A stretch of 64,000 nucleotides of DNA from an uncultured bacterium. GTDB lineage: Bacteria > Patescibacteriota > Minisyncoccia > Phycocordibacterales > Phycocordibacteraceae. Below the pieces are notes generated by a model. It was given only the letters and a program-made list of their open reading frames with translations. It had not been told where the DNA came from and ran no database searches. A program made the translations under genes and the position numbers. The stretch is from positions 12,581 through 76,580 of the forward strand of contig CALFMK010000003.1 in NCBI GenBank assembly GCA_937879955.1, read 5' to 3'. Shown piece by piece: positions 1 to 8,473 of the stretch. Within the stretch, counting starts at the first letter, position 1. Every line of letters begins with the position of its first letter.

Positions 1-149
1 CCTGCGGTCGCGAATACGATCGCCTCGGGGTAGTCGTGCGCGATCGCGGCCGCCTCCTTGCAGACGAGCTCGGTCTCGGGCCCTGCCTCCACGCCGTGGC
101 CGGTGCGCTTGAGATCGGCAGCCACGACCATGATGATCCTTTGGTGCAC
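1..149 (-). CDS. 5' part of a gene running off the window edge; possibly YdcF/DUF218-like
   Basis: Hand translation of the minus strand from GTG at 149: MHQRIIMVVAADLKRTGHGVEAGPETELVCKEAAAIAHDYPEAIVFATAG. AAGGAGGT Shine-Dalgarno just upstream. Family call is a weak resemblance only. Confidence 0.6.
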   Translation of the reverse strand, partial: MHQRIIMVVAADLKRTGHGVEAGPETELVCKEAAAIAHDYPEAIVFATA

Positions 150-193
150 GAAGCACCTCCTTTCCAGAAACTACGAATGTTCTCCCTGGGAAC

Positions 194-222
194 ATTATAC
201 TATTTAAATTAGCAATGGTCAA
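194..222 (-). promoter_or_regulatory. sigma70 promoter for the 1..149 gene
   Basis: Minus strand reads TTGACC-17 nt-TATAAT with an AT-rich spacer. Confidence 0.75.
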
Positions 223-248
223 AGCACCCGCAGCCCTCGCATCGAGAG

Positions 249-433
249 CGATATGCGGGTAGGGTAGGGATATGAACGAACCCGGGACCCTCTCCGTCGT
301 CGCGACCCCTATCGGCAACCTCGCTGATATCACGCTGCGCGCGCTCGATACCCTCAAGAGCGCGGACGCGATCGCCTGCGAGGACACTCGCGTTACCGCG
401 AAGCTGCTCGCGCGCTATGACATACAGAAGCCG
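249..433 (+). repeat. Direct repeat copy 1 of the rsmI upstream region and first 54 codons (copy 2 at 1491-1675)
   Basis: Near-identical DNA at offset 1242: a few differences before the ATG and one synonymous change (GGG/GGA). Confidence 0.95.
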
Positions 434-523
434 TTTCGTTCGACGAGATACGCGAGATGCTCGAGGCCGGGCCGGTTTGCGGGAGATACCTACAGGATCA
501 CCGACCAGCTCGAGAAGGAATAG
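272..523 (+). pseudogene. Truncated or chimeric rsmI fragment (54 RsmI codons fused to an unrelated tail)
   Basis: Identical to RsmI up to YDIQKP, then unrelated sequence ending [13 protein letters not shown]. Confidence 0.75.
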
Positions 524-525
524 GG

Positions 526-553
526 AAAGGCCGGTCCCTGAGGGCCGGCCTTT
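526..553. terminator. Bidirectional intrinsic terminator
   Basis: AAAGGCCGGTCCC-TGA-GGGCCGGCCTTT hairpin between convergent ORFs. Confidence 0.7.
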
Positions 554-556
554 GAG

Positions 557-1387
557 TTATGCACGTCGCACGACGCCTACGAGGTTGCGTGCTTCGCCCG
601 TGAGCGCAAAGCCGTCTGTAGAGCGAAGTGTGCCTTTTGTGCTCACGTGTCCGAATCCGAGCGCTGCCGCGAAGCCGGTGGCGATGGCCGCGATGTCAAT
701 GGAGCCCATCTTGCGATTCACACACGCACCGCCGACGTTTTCTTCGAGCCAGGAGAATAGCTTCGCGTTGAAGTCTATGTGCTCTGGATGATCGAGTGGG
801 TACCGGAACTCGTCTGGATGGATCGAGAACAGTACGTCGAGCGACACGTCCGCGAGATCGATACCTTTCCTGGTAAAGTCGTACGCGATGGCATGGATGA
901 TGCCTTCGCGCGTGCGCGATGGCCTGCCCGTCCTTATCCGTTTCTGATCGACGAGCGATCCGAGTCCGGCGTGGGCCGCGACCATATGTTCGCAGCCGGA
1001 AGCGACGACCAACGCGCAGCCGCGGGTGCTCATGGCGAAGCCCTGAGTCTCTCCGAGTGCGCAGCCGTCGGCTTGCCCTGCGGACATAACGCGGACCAAG
1101 GTCCGATCTGTAAGCGCCACTTCTACATCGAACGATTCGCGCGGGACGATCAGTCCGCTATGGTGGCCGACGTTTGGTACGAACACTCTCTCTGCGGAAT
1201 ACTCTTCGAACGCGCGTGCGAGGTGGGTCTTGATGTCCGAAGCTGCTTCAGGGTGGCACATAATGTCGGGTGGCCAGAGCGTGAGTGATCTGCTGTTCGG
1301 GGGAAGACAGAAGGCGACATAGCGTCCCCGTTCGTTGCCTCCCTCGAACACAAGCGCCTCATGCGCTTGTGACGGAGTATCGAGCAT
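557..1387 (-). CDS. PgeF/YfiH (polyphenol oxidase-like, laccase domain) family protein, divergent
   Basis: ADG...STRGC...AAHAGLGS resembles the family DG/ADC/HAGWRG motifs. GGAGAAGGA SD upstream. Confidence 0.6.
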   Translation of the reverse strand: MLDTPSQAHEALVFEGGNERGRYVAFCLPPNSRSLTLWPPDIMCHPEAASDIKTHLARAFEEYSAERVFVPNVGHHSGLIVPRESFDVEVALTDRTLVRVMSAGQADGCALGETQGFAMSTRGCALVVASGCEHMVAAHAGLGSLVDQKRIRTGRPSRTREGIIHAIAYDFTRKGIDLADVSLDVLFSIHPDEFRYPLDHPEHIDFNAKLFSWLEENVGGACVNRKMGSIDIAAIATGFAAALGFGHVSTKGTLRSTDGFALTGEARNLVGVVRRA

Positions 1388-1490
1388 TATCCTTCTCCGT
1401 GATGGTTGGAACAGTCCGGACGAACCTTAGTATAGATACGCACCGCTGTCGATTCTTGGCTCTCTATGGGCCGGATGCTCGCATTAAGGA

Positions 1491-1675
1491 CGATATGCGG
1501 GTAGGGTAGAGCCATGAACGAACCCGGAACCCTCTCCGTCGTCGCGACCCCTATCGGCAACCTCGCTGATATCACGCTGCGCGCGCTCGATACCCTCAAG
1601 AGCGCGGACGCGATCGCCTGCGAGGACACTCGCGTTACCGCGAAGCTGCTCGCGCGCTATGACATACAGAAGCCG
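1491..1675 (+). repeat. Direct repeat copy 2 (the intact rsmI 5' end)
   Basis: Matches 249-433. Confidence 0.95.
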
Positions 1676-2203
1676 CTCCTCATATTCCATGCGCAGAGCG
1701 GACGCCATGCATCGAGCCGCATCCTGCAGCTTCTTGCGGAAGGGAAGCGCGTCGCGCTCGTGACGGATGCCGGGACGCCCGGGATCTCTGACCCTGGCAG
1801 CGCGCTCGTGCGCGAGGTACGCGACACGCTCAAGGACGAGGTGCGCATCGAGACCATCCCGGGGTCGTCCGCGGTCGCGGCCGCGCTTTCGATTGCCGGC
1901 GTGCCTACCGACGAGTTCACGTTCCTCGGGTTCCTCCCGCACAAGAAGGGACGGCAGACCCTCTTCAAGGAGATCGCAGACTCTGCGCGCACCATGGTCT
2001 TCTACGAGTCCCCGCACCGCATCGAGAAGGCGCTCGCCTCGCTCGCGGAGGTGCTCGAGGGCGAGAGGCGGGTGATCGTCCTGCGCGAGCTCACGAAGCT
2101 CTACGAGGCGTTCCAGGAAGGCACGGCCGCGGAGCTCGCCGCCTATTTCAAGGAGCATCAGGACCAGGTCCGAGGCGAGTTCGTGGTCATCGTGACGCCG
2201 TAA
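1514..2203 (+). CDS. rsmI: 16S rRNA (cytidine1402-2'-O)-methyltransferase
   Basis: [36 protein letters not shown] and RELTK motifs. Confidence 0.95.
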   Translation: MNEPGTLSVVATPIGNLADITLRALDTLKSADAIACEDTRVTAKLLARYDIQKPLLIFHAQSGRHASSRILQLLAEGKRVALVTDAGTPGISDPGSALVREVRDTLKDEVRIETIPGSSAVAAALSIAGVPTDEFTFLGFLPHKKGRQTLFKEIADSARTMVFYESPHRIEKALASLAEVLEGERRVIVLRELTKLYEAFQEGTAAELAAYFKEHQDQVRGEFVVIVTP

Positions 2204-2226
2204 TCTAGGACGGGTATACTAGGCGC

Positions 2227-2430
2227 ATGTCCCGAAGCCTCATGCTCATCGTGCTCGGCGTCCTCGTCGCGCTCGCGCCGTTCTCCGGTCTCCCGATGGC
2301 GATCCTCGCCTGGATACTCCCGGTCCTCGGCCTCGGTATCGTCGCCATCGGCGTCTCGTACAAGCGCGAGCGCATGCGACAGGAGCGCCCGACGCCTACT
2401 CATGAAGAATCTCTATCCGCATCTGCGTAA
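2227..2430 (+). CDS. Small two-TM membrane protein
   Basis: 67 aa with two hydrophobic segments. TATACT lies 6 nt before the ATG. Confidence 0.7.
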   Translation: MSRSLMLIVLGVLVALAPFSGLPMAILAWILPVLGLGIVAIGVSYKRERMRQERPTPTHEESLSASA

Positions 2431-3487
2431 TCCGCTCTCCATCATCCTCGCCCTCGGCGCGCTCGTGCTCCTGATGGGGCTCCTTGTCATACCGCACGCG
2501 TCCGCCGTGCGCTTCGACCGCAGCAACCCCGGGACCGCCTCCTCGACCATCGAGGCGATCTTCACGAAGGAGCCCGCGAAGCCTGCCTTCGACGAGAAAG
2601 CGTATGACGCCAAGATGCTCTCGATCGCGAACTACGCGTCGACGACCTCGACCACCACGAAGCGCCTCTATCCCGTGAAGGCGCCGTATCCGAAGGCGGG
2701 CGCCATCCTCCCGTTCAACCGCATCATCGCGTACTACGGCAACTTCTACTCGAAGGGCATGGGCGTGCTCGGCGAGTACGACGAGGCGACGATGCTCTCG
2801 ATGCTGAAGCGCGAGCAGCAGAAGTGGGAGGCCGCGGACCCTGAGACGCCGACGGTTCCCGCCATAAACTACATCGCTATCACGGCGCAGGAATCGCCGG
2901 GCAAGGAGGGGAAGTATCTGCTCCGCATGCCGGACTCCCAGATAGACAAGGCCATCGAGATCGCGAACAAGCTCCCGAACGGCATCGTGATCCTGGACAT
3001 CCAGATCGGCTTCTCGTCGCTCGAGCACGAGCTCCCGATGCTCGAGAAGTACCTCGCCATGCCGAACGTGCACCTGGGCCTCGACCCGGAGTTCCATATG
3101 ATTGGGAACGATCCGCCCGGCCATGTCATCGGCTCATACGACGCGAAGGACATCAACTACGCCGCCGAGTACATGGCGAAGCTCGTACGCGAGCACGACC
3201 TGCCGCCGAAGGTGCTCATCGTGCATCGCTTCACGCAGCGCATGGTCACGAACTACCAGAACATAAAGCCGCTTCCTGAGGTCCAGATCGTCATGGACAT
3301 GGACGGCTGGGGCGATCCGGCGAAGAAGATAAATACGTACAAGGGATTCGTCGCGCCGGAGCCCGTCCAGTTCACCGGCTTCAAGCTCTTCTATAAGAAC
3401 GACCTCAAGCCGCCGTCCACGCGCCTCCTCACGCCTGCCGAGCTCCTGAAGCTCACGCCGCAGCCGATGTTCATCCAGTACCAGTAG
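2402..3487 (+). CDS. Secreted or membrane-anchored protein of unknown function (possible glycoside-hydrolase-like barrel)
   Basis: N-terminal TM, then YYGN...LGE, LDIQIG, HLGLDPEF and DMDGWG motifs. Typical codon usage. Confidence 0.7.
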   Translation: MKNLYPHLRNPLSIILALGALVLLMGLLVIPHASAVRFDRSNPGTASSTIEAIFTKEPAKPAFDEKAYDAKMLSIANYASTTSTTTKRLYPVKAPYPKAGAILPFNRIIAYYGNFYSKGMGVLGEYDEATMLSMLKREQQKWEAADPETPTVPAINYIAITAQESPGKEGKYLLRMPDSQIDKAIEIANKLPNGIVILDIQIGFSSLEHELPMLEKYLAMPNVHLGLDPEFHMIGNDPPGHVIGSYDAKDINYAAEYMAKLVREHDLPPKVLIVHRFTQRMVTNYQNIKPLPEVQIVMDMDGWGDPAKKINTYKGFVAPEPVQFTGFKLFYKNDLKPPSTRLLTPAELLKLTPQPMFIQYQ

Positions 3488-3565
3488 ACCCTGTACAAAT
3501 AGTGGAATCAGCGTACTGTTCGTCCCAGAAGGGCCGCTCCGGCCCTATGAACCGGGAGGAATCGC

Positions 3566-3808
3566 GTGAGAGACATCGAAGAGCTGACCACCATTCCTGA
3601 GCTCGAGGACGCGTACGGCGACGCGGTCCGGAACATGGATCGGAATGTGATACGCCGGATCGAGAGCGAGGACTTCCAGGAAGGGGAGTCCGATTCTCCG
3701 CTCGTGAAGGCCGCGCGGACGCTGTGGACGAGGCTCATGGCCGCGAAGCTCGCTTCGAGCGGGGCCGTCGTCGACGAATCGGGCGCGCTCGTCTCGCATC
3801 CTGTCTGA
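3566..3808 (+). CDS. Hypothetical protein (80 aa)
   Basis: GGGAGG SD, GTG start, downstream hairpin terminator. Confidence 0.55.
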   Translation: MRDIEELTTIPELEDAYGDAVRNMDRNVIRRIESEDFQEGESDSPLVKAARTLWTRLMAAKLASSGAVVDESGALVSHPV

Positions 3809-3832
3809 GTCGCCGCATGGCCGGAATCATCC

Positions 3833-3865
3833 AAGGGCCCGCGTATCGCGCGGGCCCTTTCTTTC
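3833..3865 (+). terminator. Intrinsic terminator
   Basis: AAGGGCCCGCG-TATCG-CGCGGGCCCTT followed by a T-rich run. Confidence 0.7.
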
Positions 3866-3961
3866 TGCCTTGCGGCCAATGCTAGGCAAATCCGGAAAAG
3901 GGCGTATCGTTATGTCCGGGAGTCGCGGCACGTCGCCGCACAGCTAGAAGAGGAGTCCGTC

Positions 3962-4285
3962 ATGAGTATCGATCTCGCGTACCCTCCAGGATGTAGCTTC
4001 CTCGTACCGGCCGATTCTGACCGGAAAGACGTCCTGTTCGGGGATTCGACCGAGTCGGGCCTGACGCTGGCCGAGCTGGCCTACGACAGGGCCATCTTCG
4101 GCCTCGATGCCGGCCGCCTGATGGCGATCGGCGATCCGAAGGTTCCTGACGACGCGCTCTCCGGAGCCGAGGCCAACGCTCGCCGCTGCCTCAGGGCCGT
4201 CTCCGCCGATCGGCAGATGCCGTCCGATGCTCTGGTCGGCCTGATCGGTGCGCCGTCGACGCTGCTCGACGTCACGCTGCACTGA
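3962..4285 (+). CDS. Hypothetical protein (107 aa)
   Basis: GAGGAG SD, ATG start, downstream hairpin terminator. Confidence 0.55.
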   Translation: MSIDLAYPPGCSFLVPADSDRKDVLFGDSTESGLTLAELAYDRAIFGLDAGRLMAIGDPKVPDDALSGAEANARRCLRAVSADRQMPSDALVGLIGAPSTLLDVTLH

Positions 4286-4305
4286 TCCTGTCGCGTAAGA
4301 ATCTG

Positions 4306-4337
4306 AAGGGCTCGCGCATCCTGCGCGGGCCCTTTCT
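4306..4337 (+). terminator. Intrinsic terminator
   Basis: AAGGGCTCGCGCA-TCC-TGCGCGGGCCCTT followed by TCT. Confidence 0.7.
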
Positions 4338-4381
4338 GTATTCCCGGTGTCCATACCGCATCCGGTATACTGTCGTAACCT

Positions 4382-5770
4382 ATGATCCCGAACAACTCTC
4401 CCTGGCTCGCACAGCTCAACCGCACCCGTCCTGTCGTCCCGCTCTCGAGCGACATAGCCACGGACGTGCTCATCGTGGGCGGCGGCATCGCGGGCGCGTC
4501 GACCGCGTACTTCGCGCTCAAGGACACGCTCGACTCGGTCGTGCTCGTCGAAGCGGACCGCGTGGCGCACGGCGCGACCGGCCACAACGCCGGGCAGGTC
4601 GTGTCGTACTTCGAGCGCCCGTTCGAGACGATCGTGAAGGAGTTCGGCATGGAGATGGCGAACGAGGGGCAGCGCGCCATCGAGTCTGCCTGGGGGCTCA
4701 TCGACGAGATCGTGGCGGACGCGAAGCTGCGCACGCCGCTCTATCGCTTCACCGGCTATGCCGGTTGCTCGACGCTCGAGCAGCTCGTCGAGCATCTCGA
4801 GGAGAACAAGGATCGGGTCGCGGGCGGCCTCATGAACGACACGGTGCTCGTGGCAGAAGAGTCCGGGTGGCAGGAGGAGCTCCCGCTCGAGTACAAGGAC
4901 CTCTACTCCGTCGTGCCGCAGGCGGACATCCTCGGCCTCCTCGAGACGCAGGACACCCGCTATATGGCTTCCATCTCGAGCCAGAAGGGATGCATGAACA
5001 GCGCGCTCTTCACCGAGGAGCTCATCGGCTACCTGCTTGCAGCCTATCCGGGACGGTTCAGCCTCTACGAGGAGAGCCCGGTATCGAAGGTCTCGCTCGC
5101 CGAGGATCGCGCGCGGGCCCTGGTACGCGAGCACGCGATCGAGGCGCGCCGCGTGGTGCTGTGCACCAACGGGTTCGAGCAGTTCCATATCGAGAACGGG
5201 TCGGGGAGCGATATCGACACGAAGTTCCATCATCTGGTCCAGGGACGTATCGGCTACATGGCGGCGTACCTCGAGTCCATGAACGCCTCGCCGACGGCCA
5301 TAAGCTATTTCCCGAAGGACGCTACCGTCTCGGGCGACCCGACCGGTGAGGCCTACTTCTACCTCACGCGCCGGCCGCACGGCGAGGATGTCGGCGAAGC
5401 GAAGAACCTGGTGTGCGCCGGCGGTCCCGAGCAGGTGCTGCCGAACCAGGCGCTCTACACCCGCGAGGAGCACTGCCGCGAGGACATCCGTGAGTCGCTC
5501 GACGACTTCCTCCGGACGACCTATCGCCATTATCCGGACCCGGGAACCGAGTATGCGTTCTCCTGGCACGGCCTCATGGGGTACACGCCCGGCGGGCTCC
5601 GCCGCATCGGCATCGAGCCGTGCAATCCGGTCCTCCTCTACAACCTTGGCTGCAACGGCGTGGGCATCCTGCCGTCGATATACGGCGGGAAGCGCATAGC
5701 CCGCATCCTCGCGGGAGAAGTGCTCGAGCGCTCCATATTCGACCCTGCCGACCAGCGCTGCATGGTCTAG
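4382..5770 (+). CDS. FAD-dependent oxidoreductase (DAO/PuuB-like)
   Basis: DVLIVGGGIAG Rossmann motif, GATGHNAG, C-terminal WHGLMGYT...GCNGVG. Confidence 0.85.
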   Translation: MIPNNSPWLAQLNRTRPVVPLSSDIATDVLIVGGGIAGASTAYFALKDTLDSVVLVEADRVAHGATGHNAGQVVSYFERPFETIVKEFGMEMANEGQRAIESAWGLIDEIVADAKLRTPLYRFTGYAGCSTLEQLVEHLEENKDRVAGGLMNDTVLVAEESGWQEELPLEYKDLYSVVPQADILGLLETQDTRYMASISSQKGCMNSALFTEELIGYLLAAYPGRFSLYEESPVSKVSLAEDRARALVREHAIEARRVVLCTNGFEQFHIENGSGSDIDTKFHHLVQGRIGYMAAYLESMNASPTAISYFPKDATVSGDPTGEAYFYLTRRPHGEDVGEAKNLVCAGGPEQVLPNQALYTREEHCREDIRESLDDFLRTTYRHYPDPGTEYAFSWHGLMGYTPGGLRRIGIEPCNPVLLYNLGCNGVGILPSIYGGKRIARILAGEVLERSIFDPADQRCMV

Positions 5771-5789
5771 GGCGCGCTATACTCTTCGT

Positions 5790-7574
5790 ATGGAGAATCC
5801 GGACCGCGTGACCTATTTCGGAGCCACCGACGCGCGCGGCAAGCGCGTGCCGTTCGGCATCAAGGCCAAGGACCGCGCCCGCCACATGTACGTGATCGGG
5901 AAGACGGGTATGGGGAAGTCGACCCTGCTCGAGAACATGGCGATACAGGACATCCGGAACGGGGAGGGCATGGCCTTCATCGATCCGCACGGCTCGGCCG
6001 TGGAGAAGCTCCTCGATTTCATACCGGCGGACCGCGTGAAGGACGTGGTGTACTTCGCGCCGTTCGACCTCGAGCACCCGATGGCGTTCAACGTGATGGA
6101 GGACGTGGGCTACGACAAGCGCCACCTCGTGACCTCGGGCCTCATGGCCACCTTCAAGAAGATCTGGGAGGACGCCTGGTCCGCGCGCATGGAGTACATC
6201 CTCACGAACACCATCCTCGCGCTCCTCGAGTACCCGGGTGCGACGCTGCTCGGCGTGAACCGCATGTACACCGACAAGGCCTATCGCACGAAGGTGGTGG
6301 ACAACATCAAGGACCCGGTGGTGCGCTCCTTCTGGGTGGACGAGTTCGCGAAGTACACCGACAAGTTCGCGGCCGAGGCGACGCCGGCGATCCAGAACAA
6401 GATCGGGCAGTTCACGTCGAACCCGCTCATCCGCAATATCATCGGCCAGCCGAACTCTTCTTTTGATATCCGCGACCTCATGGACCGGAAGAAGATCCTC
6501 CTCATCAACCTCTCGAAGGGACTGGTGGGCGACACGAATATGCGCCTCCTCGGTTCCATGCTCACCACCCGCATCTTCCTCGGCGCGATGAGCCGCGCGA
6601 ACCTGCCGAGCGCGGAGCTCGCGAAGGCGCCGAACTTCTACTTCTACGTGGACGAGTTCCAGAACTTCGCGAACGAGAGCTTCGCGGACATCCTGTCGGA
6701 GGCCCGCAAGTACCGCCTCAACCTCCTCATCGCGCACCAGTACGTCGCGCAGATGGAAGAGGAGGTGCAGGCCGCCGTCTTCGGCAACGTGGGCACCACG
6801 GTCTCGTTCCGCGTAGGTCCGCTCGATGCCGAGCTCATGGAGAAGGTATTCACGCCCGAGTTCGTGCAGGAGGACCTCGTGAATCTCGGGTTCGCGCAGA
6901 TCTACCTCTCGCTCATGATCGATGGCATCGGCTCGCGCCCGTTCTCCGCGACCACCATACCGCCGATCGAGGCGCCGGCCCGCTCGTACCGTACCGAAGT
7001 GCTCGAGAGCTCGCGCGCGACGTTCGGCGCGCCGCGCGCGGAGGTGGAAGGGCGTATCTTCTCGGAGCTCGCCGAGGCCGAGACGCAGGCCAAGGAGGCG
7101 GCCGCGCTCGCCAAGTCGCAGCGCGACGCGAAGCGCATCGCGGAGGGAGGGGGACAGCCTCGCCCCGGAGACCGTCCGCCTCTGCGCCGTGACGATCGCC
7201 CGCAGCAGCGCCCTGACGCCCGTCCGCAGGCTCCTCGTACTGATCGTCCCCAGCAGCCTCGTCCTGAGCAGCGCCAGGAGCGTCCGGCGCCCCCTGCCGC
7301 CCACAAGACCGCAGACGACCTGAAGGCGATCCTGCGCGCTACGGTAGCGAACGCGGAACGGGACAAGCAGCGCAAGGACACCCGCAAGGAGTCCTCGCTC
7401 AAGGACGCGCTGCGTACGACGATAGACGCAGCGCCCGCGCCGAAGCCTGAGGAGCGTCCCCGTCCGGTCCAGGAGGAGCAGTCGCGCCCGACGCCTCCGC
7501 CGGATCCTATAACGCCGATGTCCGTGTTCGAGGTCCCGGAGGAGACCCTCCGCTCCTTGTTCAGGGACGTGTAA
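5790..7574 (+). CDS. VirD4/TraG/TrwB-like (HerA-FtsK superfamily) ATPase with a low-complexity C-terminal tail
   Basis: HMYVIGKTGMGKST Walker A, IDPHG, YVDEFQNF Walker B, SEARKY...AHQY. Confidence 0.85.
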   Translation: MENPDRVTYFGATDARGKRVPFGIKAKDRARHMYVIGKTGMGKSTLLENMAIQDIRNGEGMAFIDPHGSAVEKLLDFIPADRVKDVVYFAPFDLEHPMAFNVMEDVGYDKRHLVTSGLMATFKKIWEDAWSARMEYILTNTILALLEYPGATLLGVNRMYTDKAYRTKVVDNIKDPVVRSFWVDEFAKYTDKFAAEATPAIQNKIGQFTSNPLIRNIIGQPNSSFDIRDLMDRKKILLINLSKGLVGDTNMRLLGSMLTTRIFLGAMSRANLPSAELAKAPNFYFYVDEFQNFANESFADILSEARKYRLNLLIAHQYVAQMEEEVQAAVFGNVGTTVSFRVGPLDAELMEKVFTPEFVQEDLVNLGFAQIYLSLMIDGIGSRPFSATTIPPIEAPARSYRTEVLESSRATFGAPRAEVEGRIFSELAEAETQAKEAAALAKSQRDAKRIAEGGGQPRPGDRPPLRRDDRPQQRPDARPQAPRTDRPQQPRPEQRQERPAPPAAHKTADDLKAILRATVANAERDKQRKDTRKESSLKDALRTTIDAAPAPKPEERPRPVQEEQSRPTPPPDPITPMSVFEVPEETLRSLFRDV

Positions 7575-7621
7575 TGCCTCCTGGTCCCGAGCCTGCGCCT
7601 GGGGTACTGTTTCCTATATAT

Positions 7622-8473
7622 ATGAAAAAGACCGTTCTCGTGACCGGTGGCGCTGGCTTCGTGGGGACGCACCTGTGCAAGCGGCTCCTCGCGGACGGCC
7701 ATAGCGTCATATCGCTCGACAACTATTTCACCGGGAGCCGTGAGAACCATATCGAGGGCGTCGAGTACCGCGAAGGGCACACCAAGGACATCGCAGCGCT
7801 GGTGCCAGAGACGCCCGATATCGTCTACCATCTGGGCGAGTATTCGCGTACCGAGCAGAGCCTCGAGGAGCCTGCTCTCGTATGGGACCTGAACGTGCGC
7901 GGCACGTTCGCGGTGCTCGAGTTCGTGCGAGAGAAGGGATCGAAGCTCGTCTATGCGGGCTCGTCGACGAAGTTCGCGGACGGCGGCATGGGCCGGGACC
8001 AGAGTCCGTACGCGTGGACCAAGGCCGCGAACACGGAGCTCGTGCGCAACTACGGCGACTGGTACGGCGTGCGCTTCGCCATCACCTATTTCTATAACGT
8101 ATACGGTCCGGGCGAGCGCGCCGGCACCTATGGCACGCTCATCGAGATCTTCCGGCAGAAGATGCTTGCGGGGCAGCCGCTCACGGTACGCATGCCGGGA
8201 ACGCAGGAGCGGCTCTTCACGCACGTGGATGACATCATCGACGGGCTCGTGCTCGTCGGCGAGAAGGGAGAAGGCGACGAGTTCGGGCTCGGATCGGACG
8301 AATCCTATTCGATCCTGGACGTTGCCAAGCTGTTCGGAGGCAGCATAGAGATGCTTCCGGACCGGAAGGGGAACCGCATGGGCGCGAAGCTCGATGCCAC
8401 GAAGTCCCATGCGCTCGGCTGGAAGGCGACGCGGCGCCTTGCCGACTACATAGCATCCGTCCGAAGCGCATGA
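7622..8473 (+). CDS. NAD-dependent epimerase/dehydratase
   Basis: VTGGAGFVG, YAWTK (YxxxK), NVYGP. Start moved to ATG 7622. Confidence 0.9.
   Translation: MKKTVLVTGGAGFVGTHLCKRLLADGHSVISLDNYFTGSRENHIEGVEYREGHTKDIAALVPETPDIVYHLGEYSRTEQSLEEPALVWDLNVRGTFAVLEFVREKGSKLVYAGSSTKFADGGMGRDQSPYAWTKAANTELVRNYGDWYGVRFAITYFYNVYGPGERAGTYGTLIEIFRQKMLAGQPLTVRMPGTQERLFTHVDDIIDGLVLVGEKGEGDEFGLGSDESYSILDVAKLFGGSIEMLPDRKGNRMGAKLDATKSHALGWKATRRLADYIASVRSA

Noticed and set aside
3944-8410. Long antisense ORFs (3944-5569, 5574-7304, 6902-8410, and similar ones opposite secA, gatB and pheT)
   Set aside because: Shadow frames of GC-rich genes with strong codon bias. They have no recognisable motifs and fully overlap confident genes.
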